Part shown: positions 37,001 through 49,335 of the stretch, in pieces
Layout: every line of letters starts with the position of its first letter
Position numbering within the stretch: position 1 is the first letter of the stretch
Assembly: GCA_040954595.2 (NCBI GenBank)
Contig: CM082576.2
Coordinates: 14,263,129 to 14,327,128 of the forward strand
DNA from: Balanoglossus misakiensis
Taxonomy: Eukaryota > Animalia > Hemichordata
DNA length: 64,000 nucleotides
Direction: 5' to 3'
Made by a program: the position numbers and the translations under genes
Notes under the pieces: generated by a model
What the model was told of the DNA's origin: nothing
Seen by the model: the letters and a program-made list of their open reading frames with translations, nothing else
Database searches by the model: none

Positions 37001-38652
37001 ATGCGCACTCAGACAACTGTTATCTGACACGAGCTCTGATTGGATAATGATATATGTACCCCTCAGAACGAGCAAATATCATCCAATTGTGTGATGTGTT
37101 GTACATGAACCGGAACAACAATGTGATCAGGTCATGTGCAGACTACAGTTCTGGTGGTTGGCGACAGACTCGCAAAAAAAAAAAAAAACAGTTGTATTTT
37201 CTAGATATCCTGCGAATTTATGCCACCCGAAACAATCTCCATATTTTAATGTGTTAAGCATTTTTGTAGCATGTGCGTACTGTAAACTCGTGTCGAAATG
37301 GGGACTATGTTTTGCGGGGCGGATCAATATATGACCGGTCATGCGGTTATCAGTGGGTATTTTACTGATTTAGTTCTTTTATTGTAAATAAACGTGAATA
37401 TTGCAAATTTGTGGTCGTGTGAGAAATTGAATCTCACACACCAAGGACCTGGGATCATATTTCTCACACTCGTCAGGGATATTTTGTCCCACAGTTGCCT
37501 GTGGCTCGTGTGGGACAAAGAATCCCCAACTCGTGTGAGAAATACGATCCCATACCCTTTGGAGTGTGAAATTCTATTAGTCCCATAGCTTCATGTCTTT
37601 AACTTTTTAGCTCTGCTGTCACTTGTGTCAGCCGAGCTGTAGCAGTAGGTTGACAAGTGTCCGTCCGTCCGGCGTCAGTCGTCCGTCAACTTTTGGTATT
37701 TCAATCTTCTTCTTTTAAACAGCTTGGCATATTTAGCTGAAATTTGGTAGGAATGTGTGTTATGGTGCCCCTATCTGATTTTGTTAATTTGGATATGATG
37801 GGGTCATAAATATGCAAATTAGATCTAAAAATAGAATCTTTGGTAAAAAATCTTCTTCTCCCTAACTACATGTACGATGGAGCTGAAATTTAGTAGGAAT
37901 GTGTGTTATGGTGCCCCTACCTGATTTTGTTAATTTGGATATGAAGGGGTCATAAATATGCAAAGTAGATCTAAAAATAGAATATTTGGTCAAAAATCTT
38001 CTTCTCCAAAACTACATGTACAATGGAGCTGACATTTGGTATAATCACTTCCACAAACAGCTAATCACAATAATTATATGCTCAAAACTTTTTACATGTA
38101 TGTACACAAACAACAAAGCAATGTGCTCACCCATGCAATTGTTATGAATTAAAACCTTGGGTATTCATATCATTGCCCAGGTTACACTGTTAAAGTCAGC
38201 AGAGCTCTTTTGACCGACAGGTCACTTGTAATTAATATGGTGCAAAAATCAACAAGAAAAGAAGAAAACCTGTAATTAACGAGTTTATAATGTGTAAACA
38301 CGCAAAACAGGGATGGTCATCATCTGGTTTATTGAAAGCCAATAAAGCATCATTATATCCATATGCAGGGTTGTAATCTGACCTAGAGGCCAGGGAGAGT
38401 ATGTGAGAATATGGTTATAGTGTAGCTGCATAAAATTGCATCTGGTTGTATGTCCTTATGATTTTAAAATTCCTTTGCAGGAATTGATTGACCGGGCTCA
38501 CCCAATTTGCAAACGAGGATACAGAAGCAGAAAGACGGCACGGCGTATACATGAAAACATTGCAAGACAAGTAGTTCATGAAGATTTACTACAGATATCC
38601 CATGAGTGTCTGACTAGACGCAGGAGGATTTCTGGTCGCGGAAAGTTCACAA

Positions 38653-39693
38653 ATGGAAGTTAATCACCGAATCCCCGCTAACGAAAAGTCTTATGAATGC
38701 AAAGTATGCGGAAAATGTTTCTCCCAGAAAGGCAACTTAAAAGTCCATCAACAGCTCCATACCAAAGAAAAGCCACATGAATGCAAGATATGTGGTAAAT
38801 GTTTCTCCCAGAAAGGCAACTTAAAAGTCCATCAACAGCTCCATACCAATGAAAAGCCACATGAATGCAAGATATGTGGTAAATGTTTCTCCCAGGGTTC
38901 AAGTTTAAAAGTCCATCAACGGATCCATACCAAAGAAAAGCCACATGAATGCAAGATATGTGGTAAATGTTTCTCCCAGGGTTCAAGTTTAAAAGTCCAT
39001 CAACGGATCCATACCAATGAAAAGCCACATGAATGCAAGATATGTGGTAAATGTTTCTCCCAGGGTTCAAGTTTAAAAGTCCATCAACGGATCCATACCA
39101 ATGAAAAGCCACATGAATGCAAGATATGTGGTAAATGTTTCTCCCACGGTCCAAGTTTGAAATGCCATCAACGGATCCATACCAAAGAAAAGCCACATGA
39201 ATGCAAGATATGTGGTAAATGTTTCTCAACGAATGGAAACTTAACAGTACACTTGAGAGTCCATACCAATGAAAAGCCACATGAATGCATGATATGTGGT
39301 AAATGTTTCTCCCAGGGTTCACATTTAAAAGTCCATCAACGGATCCATACCAAAGAAAAGCCACATGAATGCAAGATATGTGGTAAATGTTTCTCAACGA
39401 ATGGGAACTTAACAGTACACTTGAGACTCCATACTAATGAAAAGCCACATGAATGCAAGATATGTGGTAAATGTTTCTCCCAGGGTGCAAGTTTAAAAGT
39501 CCATCAACGGATCCATACCAATGAAAAGCCACATGAATGCAAGATATGTGGTAAATGTTTCTCCCAGGGTTCAAGTTTAAAACACCATCAACAGATCCAT
39601 ACCAAAGAAAAGCCACATGAATGCAAGATATGTGGTAAATGCTTCTCCAGGAGTTCAAGTTTAAAACACCATCAACTGATCCATACCATTTAA
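38653..39693 (+). CDS. C2H2 zinc-finger protein, paralogue 4 (346 aa, 12 fingers)
   Basis: Intact tandem finger ORF; acceptor at 38480. Confidence 0.9.
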   Translation: MEVNHRIPANEKSYECKVCGKCFSQKGNLKVHQQLHTKEKPHECKICGKCFSQKGNLKVHQQLHTNEKPHECKICGKCFSQGSSLKVHQRIHTKEKPHECKICGKCFSQGSSLKVHQRIHTNEKPHECKICGKCFSQGSSLKVHQRIHTNEKPHECKICGKCFSHGPSLKCHQRIHTKEKPHECKICGKCFSTNGNLTVHLRVHTNEKPHECMICGKCFSQGSHLKVHQRIHTKEKPHECKICGKCFSTNGNLTVHLRLHTNEKPHECKICGKCFSQGASLKVHQRIHTNEKPHECKICGKCFSQGSSLKHHQQIHTKEKPHECKICGKCFSRSSSLKHHQLIHTI

Positions 39694-42319
39694 ATGCCGC
39701 ATGAATGCAAAACATGTGATAAACTGTTTCTCAAGGAATGGGCACTTGAGAGAACACTTGAAAGCCAGTAACTATGAAAAGCCCCATGGATGCAAGACAT
39801 GTGATTAACGTGTATCCGTCATTGTGCATTTCAAAGAGAGACTTTGTACCCTTAAAGGGGAAATCCGTTGTAGCTGATTTCCACATAATTTGGTAGCTTT
39901 GAGGTCACTCTTTCAGAAAAAAACATTCGCCATGTATAAGTCGCGCGATTTTTTTACAAAGTCGAGGGAAAGTTGGCAGAATTTCCAATATGGCGTTTAC
40001 TGTAATTTGAATCATGGGAAAAAGCGCCAGGACCAACTTCCGCCCACCTTGGTGTGGGTGATACCATTTTCCGATTGGTGTCACTGGGCGATAGACTAGG
40101 CGTATTTTCATAGCTATTGAACAAACAATCGGGTAGCTCGTCTCACACACATGCGCCAACTGTAGCCGCTGGTTACAGACGTTTAGTGAACAGTCAATCC
40201 CATAAGGCAGTGCTCACACAAGATGGCGGCGACCATAATCTGTGTTGGAGATCGGGAAAAGACACTACCTTGGGTGAAAAGGAAGGACAAAACCAGAATC
40301 TACTTATACAGTGCGCATGAAACATGGAAGGAAGCGAAGGCAGTCCACTATTTGAATGCATCGAACGGAAAATTTGCTGGGAAGTTACGCGCATGCGTGT
40401 TTGACGAGCTACCCGCTTTAAAGGAACCTGGCTTTAAGGGGACAAAGTCCCTCTTTTTGAAATTTCCCATGGATTTAGTTTGATATGAAAAAAAAAACAG
40501 TCCATGTTGTTTGACTACTTGGATCATGCTGAAATACTGGCCAACTGTACATAATATCTACAATGCTTGTAGACAGGCAAGATTTAACTTTCAGTGAAAC
40601 AATTTCTGATCTGAACCATGTACTAATATTCACTTGTAAACACTTTTTGTCCATGTACTTGACTAATAGACCAGTGTTGCATAAGGTTTAAAGACCACAT
40701 GTTGGCCATTGATAAGGATAACAGCGTTTACATACTCTGTAGTATTTTTTATATTCTGTAGGAAACAAATTGTTATTAAGTAGGCATTTGGTGCAGGGGT
40801 CACAAACAAAATTATTTCTTTACACACAGCAAACTCTGTGTTTGTTTCTGCAATATACGAATAAATCTTTTTAAGTCATGACACACATTTTTAGTTCACT
40901 GAGAGACTTTATGCAGACATTCCATGTACCAGTATTCTTGTTATCACAAATAGATCAAAAACAGATTCTTTGTCCCTTTAATGTACATGTAACTGTTGCA
41001 TTTCTCATCTGTAAAAAATACACATTTATCCATGGTAAAACCCCATGAGCTGCAAAGATCAGAAATTGCCAATAAAATACCCGAGACACATGATTATCAT
41101 TCACTTTTTGTCGTTGTATCCATATGGAGGTTGCTGAAGGGGAGGGTGGTGTATTCTGGTTCCATGCCACCTTCCTCACACTCAGTGTTTGTCCAACGCA
41201 ACCAGCGGCGTGCACGGGGCAGGGGACCAGACTGAGGGTGATGAAGGGCGCCCGCTACATTCAAACAGCTTTCCCAAGAACGTGGCACAATTCTTAATTT
41301 CAGAGTAGTGTTGAAATAGTCAATACAGTCTATTCAATTTTACGGTGTGACCACATCTTAAACATGTCTATAATCGCCCAGATAGACTCGTCTCGTCGAT
41401 GGTTTCATGATGAAGAGAAATCCATGCATTTGTGACATATTTTGCCCACTGGGTGGTGTACGAAGATGCACGTCATAAATATCCCAAACGAATAGGAATC
41501 ACCGAGATTTTCTGGTGCGACTATTTTTGTGTGTGACCATGGTTCATGGCGTAACGTTCTCGTTTACATCCACATATAATTAGTAAACAACGATATTTTT
41601 TCATATAATCCTCAGTTATTTCTATTGCAGTCGTGTGCGTCTCACTTTTGAAATTGACTCCATTCTCTGTTAATTAGTAGCTTGTGGTATAGGAAGTTTA
41701 TGAATACTTTCAACTGAAGGAAATTGAAACAAAAAAAAACACTGGAAGTAAATTAATTCATCAAATGTGAATGTGGGGGCTCAACAAGGAACATTGTAAA
41801 AAGAAGAAAATTTAGTGGAAAATAAACGGTCTGTACTAGAGTTGTTTATATATGGTACAATTGTACAGTTCTCGCCAATCTGATTAAAATCAGATGTAGG
41901 GAACGGCGACGTGGTTTTATTATGCTCTCGCCTCACACGACAGAATAAAAAAACACGTCGCCGTTCCCTACATCTGATTTTAATCAGATTGAGTTCTCGC
42001 TTACCGCTGACATGTTGCATTTGTTTGAGAGGTTTCTCGTGGTCAAGGTCATAATTGTAGAAGTGACTGACGGCAATATCAGCGCCACCTTCCACTCTTT
42101 CCATAAACAGATTTTGGGGCAACAATTTCTTCGGGCAAGAGCATGCGGGAGGGTCACATTTTTCTCAAGTCGGATCCTAATTTTTACCACCCCTCCTCCC
42201 CCCCCCCCCCGAAAAAAAGTCTGTACAGGCCTTGCTTATTATCGCCCATGATCTTATATTATCAATTGCAGGGGTCTGGAGCTTAAAACAGACCCAGTGA
42301 CACAGAACACATTTAATTG

Positions 42320-42347
42320 TTTATTACCCAAACTATTCCCATTTATT
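42320..42347 (-). terminator. Candidate polyadenylation signals of the carboxypeptidase gene
   Basis: AATAAA on the minus strand at 42347-42342 and 42325-42320, 50-75 nt after the stop codon. Confidence 0.5.
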
Positions 42348-42396
42348 TCTTTTTCAAACAACATATACATTTGTAATTAACTTAGGTACATGTCAA

Positions 42397-45300
42397 TTAG
42401 AATTCGTCCAGGACATACTGTGCCATCTCTTTGACACCCGCAAACGTCTCAACGGCGGTTGGTTCGATTTGGTCCTCGGGAAGCAAGAACCCGTACTCGC
42501 CGGTGTCGCGTAACTCGAGGACGTAAGAGTATTTGGCGTTGATGACTCCGTACGCCCAGTCCAGACTGGAACCAGCAGACAAATCTGGAATTTGCCCAGA
42601 AGGAGGATTGAGTAGGGCATACAATATATGTTACAAGGACACATGCGCTTGGTAGACTGCATGCAAGATTCAGTCGGACGGCGCATTTGTAAAGGGTCGC
42701 ACGCAGTGACCCGGAGCGCCCGCACGCGACTGAATCTTTCAGGTAAACTTTAAAATTCTCAACAGGACACATGGACTATGCACGGCAGCATCTCTGTACC
42801 CAGTCAGTTGGGGTTTGCAATAACGAATTCTCAAATACAACTAAATATTTTTAGTAATAAATAATTATCTCCCATTTTATTCACATGCAATATTATCACA
42901 AATTAAATTCCAACGTTATTGAACTTGGCAGAGGTTGTTTTCTTGTACAACAAATAGTGTCACACGAAAGATGCACAGTATATATGTCACAGTCAATGGT
43001 GTACTCACAGAGTGTATTGGCCACGTCACCATACGTGTATTTGGTTCCATAGACCGCTTCTAAGGCCGCCACACCCTTTGCCGCGTATCTTACCTATAAA
43101 GTTGACCATCATAAACACAATTAGTTTGCGGGTTTGTGATAAACTGTTGCTGTCCACTATGCGGTTATGTTTTACTTGAATAAAAATGCGATATGTATGA
43201 GGTATAGTTGATGTGTAATTTTCATCGCGTCATTCGTCCGTCCGAATCAATCACTCGTACGAATCAATTGCAACATCGCTGTAACCAGTAGCTAAGTTTT
43301 AAATTTTGGTGTCACCGCAAAAAAAAATTCACCAATCATTTAAGTTACACACAGGTGGTACTAAGTCTTTTGAAGTTACACGCACGTAGTCTTTTGATCG
43401 CATAATAATTTCATTTCAGCCAAAATTGTATTCTGCAGTATAGGATTGTGACGATCTCAATATGGATGCTGGTCCGACGGAGCCTTACCTGTTCAGTGTA
43501 ATCAGTCGGGCGTACTCTCCTGTATGCCCATGGGGACAGCCACAGCTGAGAGTACGAATGGAAATCGATGAAAAGTTTCACCTCCTGGTCCAGATTTCTC
43601 AAGAAATCCGTCACACCTTTCACTTCCGGTTCAGACAGGGCGTGCGGGCCGCGGTAATCTGCAGCGCAGGGGTTGGTACTGGCGCCGCTGCCTACAAATA
43701 TAAAGTAACCGCGCACATATATTATAGCATGACAGGGAGCAGAGTATCGCGAATAAAGTATGCGACGATCTACGGGCGCATTTTCTCATGACAGAACGTA
43801 AAATCCGACCAATTACACCGAGACCAGGTGCAACAATGGAGATAAAACATTAACACCTATACTGTTTCATTAATAGTCTCGATTCCAGACCTCGTCGCTT
43901 CGCCAGTGAAAAAATGCGCCTTAGGCCGCCGGTAGGACACGAGCGACGAGTGATCCTTATGTTGGCCTCGGCTACATTCACATACCGCCGGTGGCGCACT
44001 GGCGAAGCGACGAGGCCTGGGAGCGAAACTATACTGTTTCATTTTCCCTGCAGTGCAAAGACCTTTATAGTCGCCAGTGAAAATACAGCACGGATGGTCT
44101 TATCGCGAGATTTGTATAATCCTTAATATTGTGAGCATTACCTCCCCACTGATAGTCCCAGTTTCTGTTGGGATCTGTACCTACGCACAGCGAATTGCTA
44201 TTTGGTTGGCGTGTCTTACGCCACATTCGGTTCTGCAAGACAGGAAAGATGCACATACATAATTAGTAAGTGTAAGAGAATTTTCATTGGATGAGAACCA
44301 GATGCGACTTAAAGCATAACCAACGTATACTAGTCTATTTTTTTTTGCTCATGAGAGACTTGCTGTGTCATCTGTATAATATGTGAAACAAAAATGAAGT
44401 TTATCCGAATATACATACTTCCGTACGGCTGTACTCGTATCCGTCTGGGTTTAGTTGCGGCACTATGAACCAATCAAACTCATCTATCATCCGGGTGACT
44501 TCTGCGTCTTGGCCATATCCTTCAAGCATCTGTATAAGAAATAGCCGAAATGAACGAGTGAAACTTTGACAACCTTTGTGGGTTTGGGAAGCTTACTGCG
44601 TGGCGGGAAAGTCTTTCCACCGTGATAACGTCGACGAGAGCAGCTTTGAAAAACAAAACGGTTGTTGAAGGGGGGGGGTTACTCCCATAGAAAGAGGTAC
44701 GGGTGCATATAAGCCGTCCGGAAGGGTCACTTTCTTCACTAAAAACTAAAACGTGGGCCGATAACAAATGCTTTTGATTTTAATCAAAGCATCCCTAACA
44801 GTGGGTATAGGGTAATGAAATATAATGCAGAACGCCCGCAGCCGGCCGAGGGTGTCTGACAAGTGTAATACATGCACGCGACGGTCAAAGATAGAATCAC
44901 ACATCAAATTTGAAAGATATAGCGGACAAACATACTTACAAATTTGGTGATGTAAATAAGAGTGGCGGGTGATACCCATTCTCTGGCGTGGATTCCAGCC
45001 TCGAACCAGGCTGCTGGTTTCTTGTCAAGGGATGGTGTCGATATCTGTCGTTAGCGCCGAAAAATTAGTAGAACTCGTTAATGTATCAGTGCCCCGGATC
45101 ATGGTAAAGGCGCGAATAATTCATTGAAGTTATCGGCAGCAAGGTAATCATGCATGTCTGTCTTTCCGTGGAGCTACCACTCTTACAGATTTGTCGGTCG
45201 GTCTGTCTGTCCGTCCTTTCATGACACGTCATAGTCTCGATTACCCAGACTCCTTCGCGCGGGCTATCTCCAAAGCTTTGGAGATAGCCCGCGCGAAGGA

Positions 45301-48300
45301 GTCTGGGTAACCGAGACTAGACACGTCACAGCTGACAATACCTTTCACTATGATTATTTTCACTGAAATTCTACCTGTCAACGCTGACGTTACGTTAAGT
45401 GAGACTGACGATTCGGTCTTTGCTCGAAAAAGAAATACAATTTGGGTATAGCCATCATTTTGTACAAATCTATTCTGCAGCCTAGGTAACAAATAACGCG
45501 TAAATTGCACCACGTGACATGCGTGTACACGTACCTTGAGGGCCATGATGCTTCGTCCTTCGTAAGATTTCGTTAACTCGAAAGTTTCTACGATGTCGCT
45601 GTATTCGTTGGCAATGTCGCTGATCCAAGCGCTGATCTGGAAAGAATATGGAGACAACCGCTGTAATGTTAACTAAGTGTCTTCAGAACACATATGCTGG
45701 CAGAAAATATACGATCAGCAATAAATTTTCATGAAACTGTCCGATGTTCTTTAATGCAATGATTCTGCTGTTAGTTCACTATCGTATCCATAGCAAGTTA
45801 CATCGCTTGGTGACAGTCTTTTAATATTGGCTATATGTGTAACCATTTTGTTTGTCGTCGGATTCATACACGCACAGAAACACACACTGTAAAACAGAAA
45901 TCGGTACGCAAAATTTAACTGCCGTGTATGAACGCGGGAATTAGAAATAAAGACAACTACTAGTATAATTCTACGTCTGAATATTCAACCTCTCTCGCAC
46001 TCTGGCGGTCTTCTGTTGTTGAGTAGGCTTAGCTTGAAGATCACAGAGCTAGACTGATCATCAAGAAAAATTTGCCAGTCGTTTAAATATAAATTTTTTT
46101 AAACTGCCCCACCTCCGAATACGGAAAGTGATGTTAGATGCACCTTGCATGATGCCATGGCAACTACTCTGGGGGAATTTCTTCACACGACACTCATTTA
46201 TAACCGTGAGAACAGGATAAATTGCGATCATAGTTTGCGTCAGTTGTCCCTCCGTGTCCTCGCAGAAACTGAAATAGCCCACACTACACGACGACACACC
46301 TGCGAAAGCTATTTAAAGTATATAGTAGCGAAGCGTTACACCCACTTCCCCCATGAGGGCTTCAGACTTGCAACGGGGAACAAACCTGTGGGCGTCCCTA
46401 CCTCATCGGCCGTGTGATACCGATTATAGTCGAAGGTGATGTCAGCGTCGGACTGCGACCCCTGTGGCGCCCGTTGGCGGTCTATCAGTGCCTGCACGTC
46501 CGCGATGAAGACGTCGTAGTCGATCTTCATCATCTTCAGGAAACCGCTCACTTCGCCCAACATGTCCGGTGGAACCATGACGTCAACGGGGAAGTCGACG
46601 GCATGAGGTGACTGCCAGAAATCCACCTGCACGTACAAAAAATGTTTTGAAAGTGTGACAAAGAATGCTTTGAACCAATCATATAAAACACCACGTGACT
46701 TTTGGAGGCAGGAGTTGTCATTAACGAAAATGTACTACAAGCTTAAATACAAAATTAATTTAATCGACGTTTACATAAGCAACATTACACAGAAACGTTT
46801 GCCTTTATGACCTATTCGTTATATCAAGAATACATTGAATACATGAATAATATCTTTCAATGTTTAAAATGATAACGTCAAAAGTTATTTTTTGGTATAG
46901 GTTTTGAAATCTTTCATCAAATCTATAGCCTGTCTACAAATAGAGTGGAGTGTGTGTACAGATGACCAGTACACGTTTTAACTAGTCAAAAAATAGACCA
47001 CATTTCGTACAAAATAAACTTCGACAAAAAAAGATCAAAAGAGAACGACTTTGTCCCTTTAATGGATGATTCTTTATCCAATCTGAGATTCACGCTCGGT
47101 CAAAACGAACCGAGGAAAAACTATAGGTACACATCTGGCAAGTCGCGGTCGTTTCGCATGCGATCGTCAGCGTGACACGGCGACCATTTTCTTTCCTGGC
47201 AGCAATATTCAACATACCTTATCACCAAGGTGGGATTTCAGGTCATGCAAGAGTTCAAGTTCATTGTAGCTGTGTGGCTTTATGCGCAAAACTTGGTACC
47301 TGAAAAAAAATAATAAATTTAGTTAAAGAAAATCGTTCAGAGTTGTTTTCTTCATAAGCTCCGGAAGAGGAACTGTGTGCGTTTTTTTGTGTGTGGTGCG
47401 TGTCATTTTAGCATTCATTTAGCAACACATCTAACACTGCAACCACAGAGCGGAGATACTAACCCCTGCCATATTTGGTCATCAATGTAAATGATATTTA
47501 CTGTTGCATGCAACGCAACGTAACTTCATTTTTTTTTTGTATAATCAAAATATCAGTAGCTTCATAATACATGATCAAACACTAAGGCCAAATAAAAACA
47601 ATATGTGCTTTTCCGATTACCCGACTTACCCTAATTTTAACCCGCCGACCCTAAACTTTTTGTAGCTTCGTAAACCGGAAGTAAAAATAACGATGTCAAA
47701 CTTACAAAATTTATGAAATTTGTGAGAATCGCGCAAGAACTATGACGTCATTCTTCTACACTACGGCGGCCAAAGATACAAAAACAATTGCAAAATAAAA
47801 AAAATTCCCTACCTACATGTACCTACCCTATTTTTGAAAACCATGTAATTTGGACAGCACATATTTTTTATTTGGCCTAACATTCATCATGGGCCTACTC
47901 TATTCATGATCTGAGTCGTTGAGAGCTTACGACTAGAGTCACCTGAACAATGTCCGGCCTCTTAATTAGTATCACTTCAATAATGTTTTTATGGTTGATA
48001 ATCGATCGTCGTAAATAGGCATTACTTTGTATATTGTCTACAACATGATAAAAAACGTGATGGCGTTTAAATATTTTGCTTAATCGACCAAACAGTCCGT
48101 TCAGAACCTAGAGAGGCACTTTGAAGTAATTTTCGCGAAGTAAGTTTTAAAGTAATTTTCTGGATCCCATGGGGTATAGTTAGTGTCAGCAATGCAGAAA
48201 AGCCGCAGCTGGGGTCATTATATGTTAACATGTAATTTACTTGTACAGTTCACCGATCGTATTTTTGAACTAACAGGTATTTCATCCATATGGGAGGTAT

Positions 48301-49104
48301 ATTTCAATTTGTTAAGACGGTCTCTTTGACTGAACCCCTAAAATAACATGTTAACGAGCATAATGAAAGCCACAACGTTCAATAAGGCATTATTTTTAGT
48401 GTCAAACGTAAGCTGATGACATGTTTTACACGCTTCTGTAAAGAAGATTGTGTGTTATATACTATCTTCGGAGTACACCAAGAAGTACGGCCGCCACTAT
48501 GATAAAGTTACATACAAAACTGGACGATATATTAATGCAATAATTTCTTTTTCAGTGGCAATGCAGGTTATCTTCGTATTATTTCTAGGTTTTAGGAAGC
48601 TAAGTATTCTGTAATAATCATGGCTTGTTCCGTCTTTTTTCTCGCGTATAATGATGAAGGCGTTCTTCAATGACATTTTAGAATTCGGAATTTGCCTTAT
48701 GTTTCTTTCTACATCGATAAGTCCGTATGCCATTGTAATTCCATCGCCGACACGTCTTATATTGCTTAAAAGGTTCGGTTTAGAGGAAGTATGAGTAAAA
48801 TTCAACGATATCCCGTGAAATAAAAATTACATATAACGCTTGTCAAAAGCGATCTACTGCCAAAGCGATCAAGTATACTAATGTTTCTTTGATTGAAAAA
48901 ACTGCAGAAAATACACATTTCAGTAATGAGAAAACGTTTCGATTGTACAGCTGACAAATTTGATCGAGTCGATTCGGTACATAAAACTATTAATTTCTGA
49001 GGTTCAATACAACGTAAAGTGACTTACCCGTCAAAACGAGACGGTTCGCTGCTGGCCACAGCAGCCACGACAAGAATGACAGCGAAGATTCTAATTCCGG
49101 ACAT
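42397..49104 (-). CDS. Secreted M14A zinc metallocarboxypeptidase (pre-pro-carboxypeptidase A/B family, A-like), 422 aa, 10 exons
   Basis: Exons 49104-49028, 47299-47218, 46626-46402, 45636-45535, 45044-44940, 44529-44419, 44232-44142, 43691-43489, 43093-43009, 42584-42397; all GT-AG and phase-compatible (1269 nt); signal peptide [19 protein letters not shown], prodomain VDFW, GIHAREW, NPDGY, RMWRKTR, DPNRNW, FHSYSQ, ELRD. Confidence 0.95.
43874..44031. mobile_element. Degenerate TAG...CTA element in CPA intron 7
   Basis: tagtctcgattccagacctcgtcgcttcgccagtg ... cactggcgaagcgacgaggcctgggagcgaaacta; flanking direct repeat tactgtttcatt, offset by 2 nt. Confidence 0.65.
45232..45319. mobile_element. 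88-bp loop-less palindrome element, 9-bp TSD (AcademH-like), in CPA intron 4
   Basis: 44-bp arms with one mismatch, centred on caaag|ctttg; TSD gacacgtca. Confidence 0.9.
47586..47877. mobile_element. PIF/Harbinger-like MITE, TAA TSD, in CPA intron 1
   Basis: TAA-ggccaaataaaaacaatatgtgct ... agcacatattttttatttggcc-TAA. Confidence 0.8.
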
Positions 49105-49335
49105 CGTAGCTCTTCACGATGTTCCCGTTGATCACCGGCTGTTTAAGTACTACGGAAGGAATTTCACCGTGCGCAAAGTAAATAAAGTCAACTGAGCTAT
49201 TTGATAAAATAAAAAATATTAATCCCTACTTTCCTGTGTTATGTAATTCTCAAAAGTCTGTTATTTTCAGACTGGGTTGAACGACCTATTTCGCGCCGTG
49301 TATAACTAAAAATGGGACTTTATCAGATCCGACAA

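Larger units (their letters stand above)
26077..42953. repeat. Tandem segmental duplication: two ~8.4-kb units (26077-~34486, ~34487-42953), plus an older partial unit at ~21253-26076
   Basis: Offsets of ~8410-8417 bp between ZNF ATGs (30236/38653), MITEs and non-coding ORFs; same junction to CPA intron 9 sequence at 26076 and ~34486. Confidence 0.93.
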
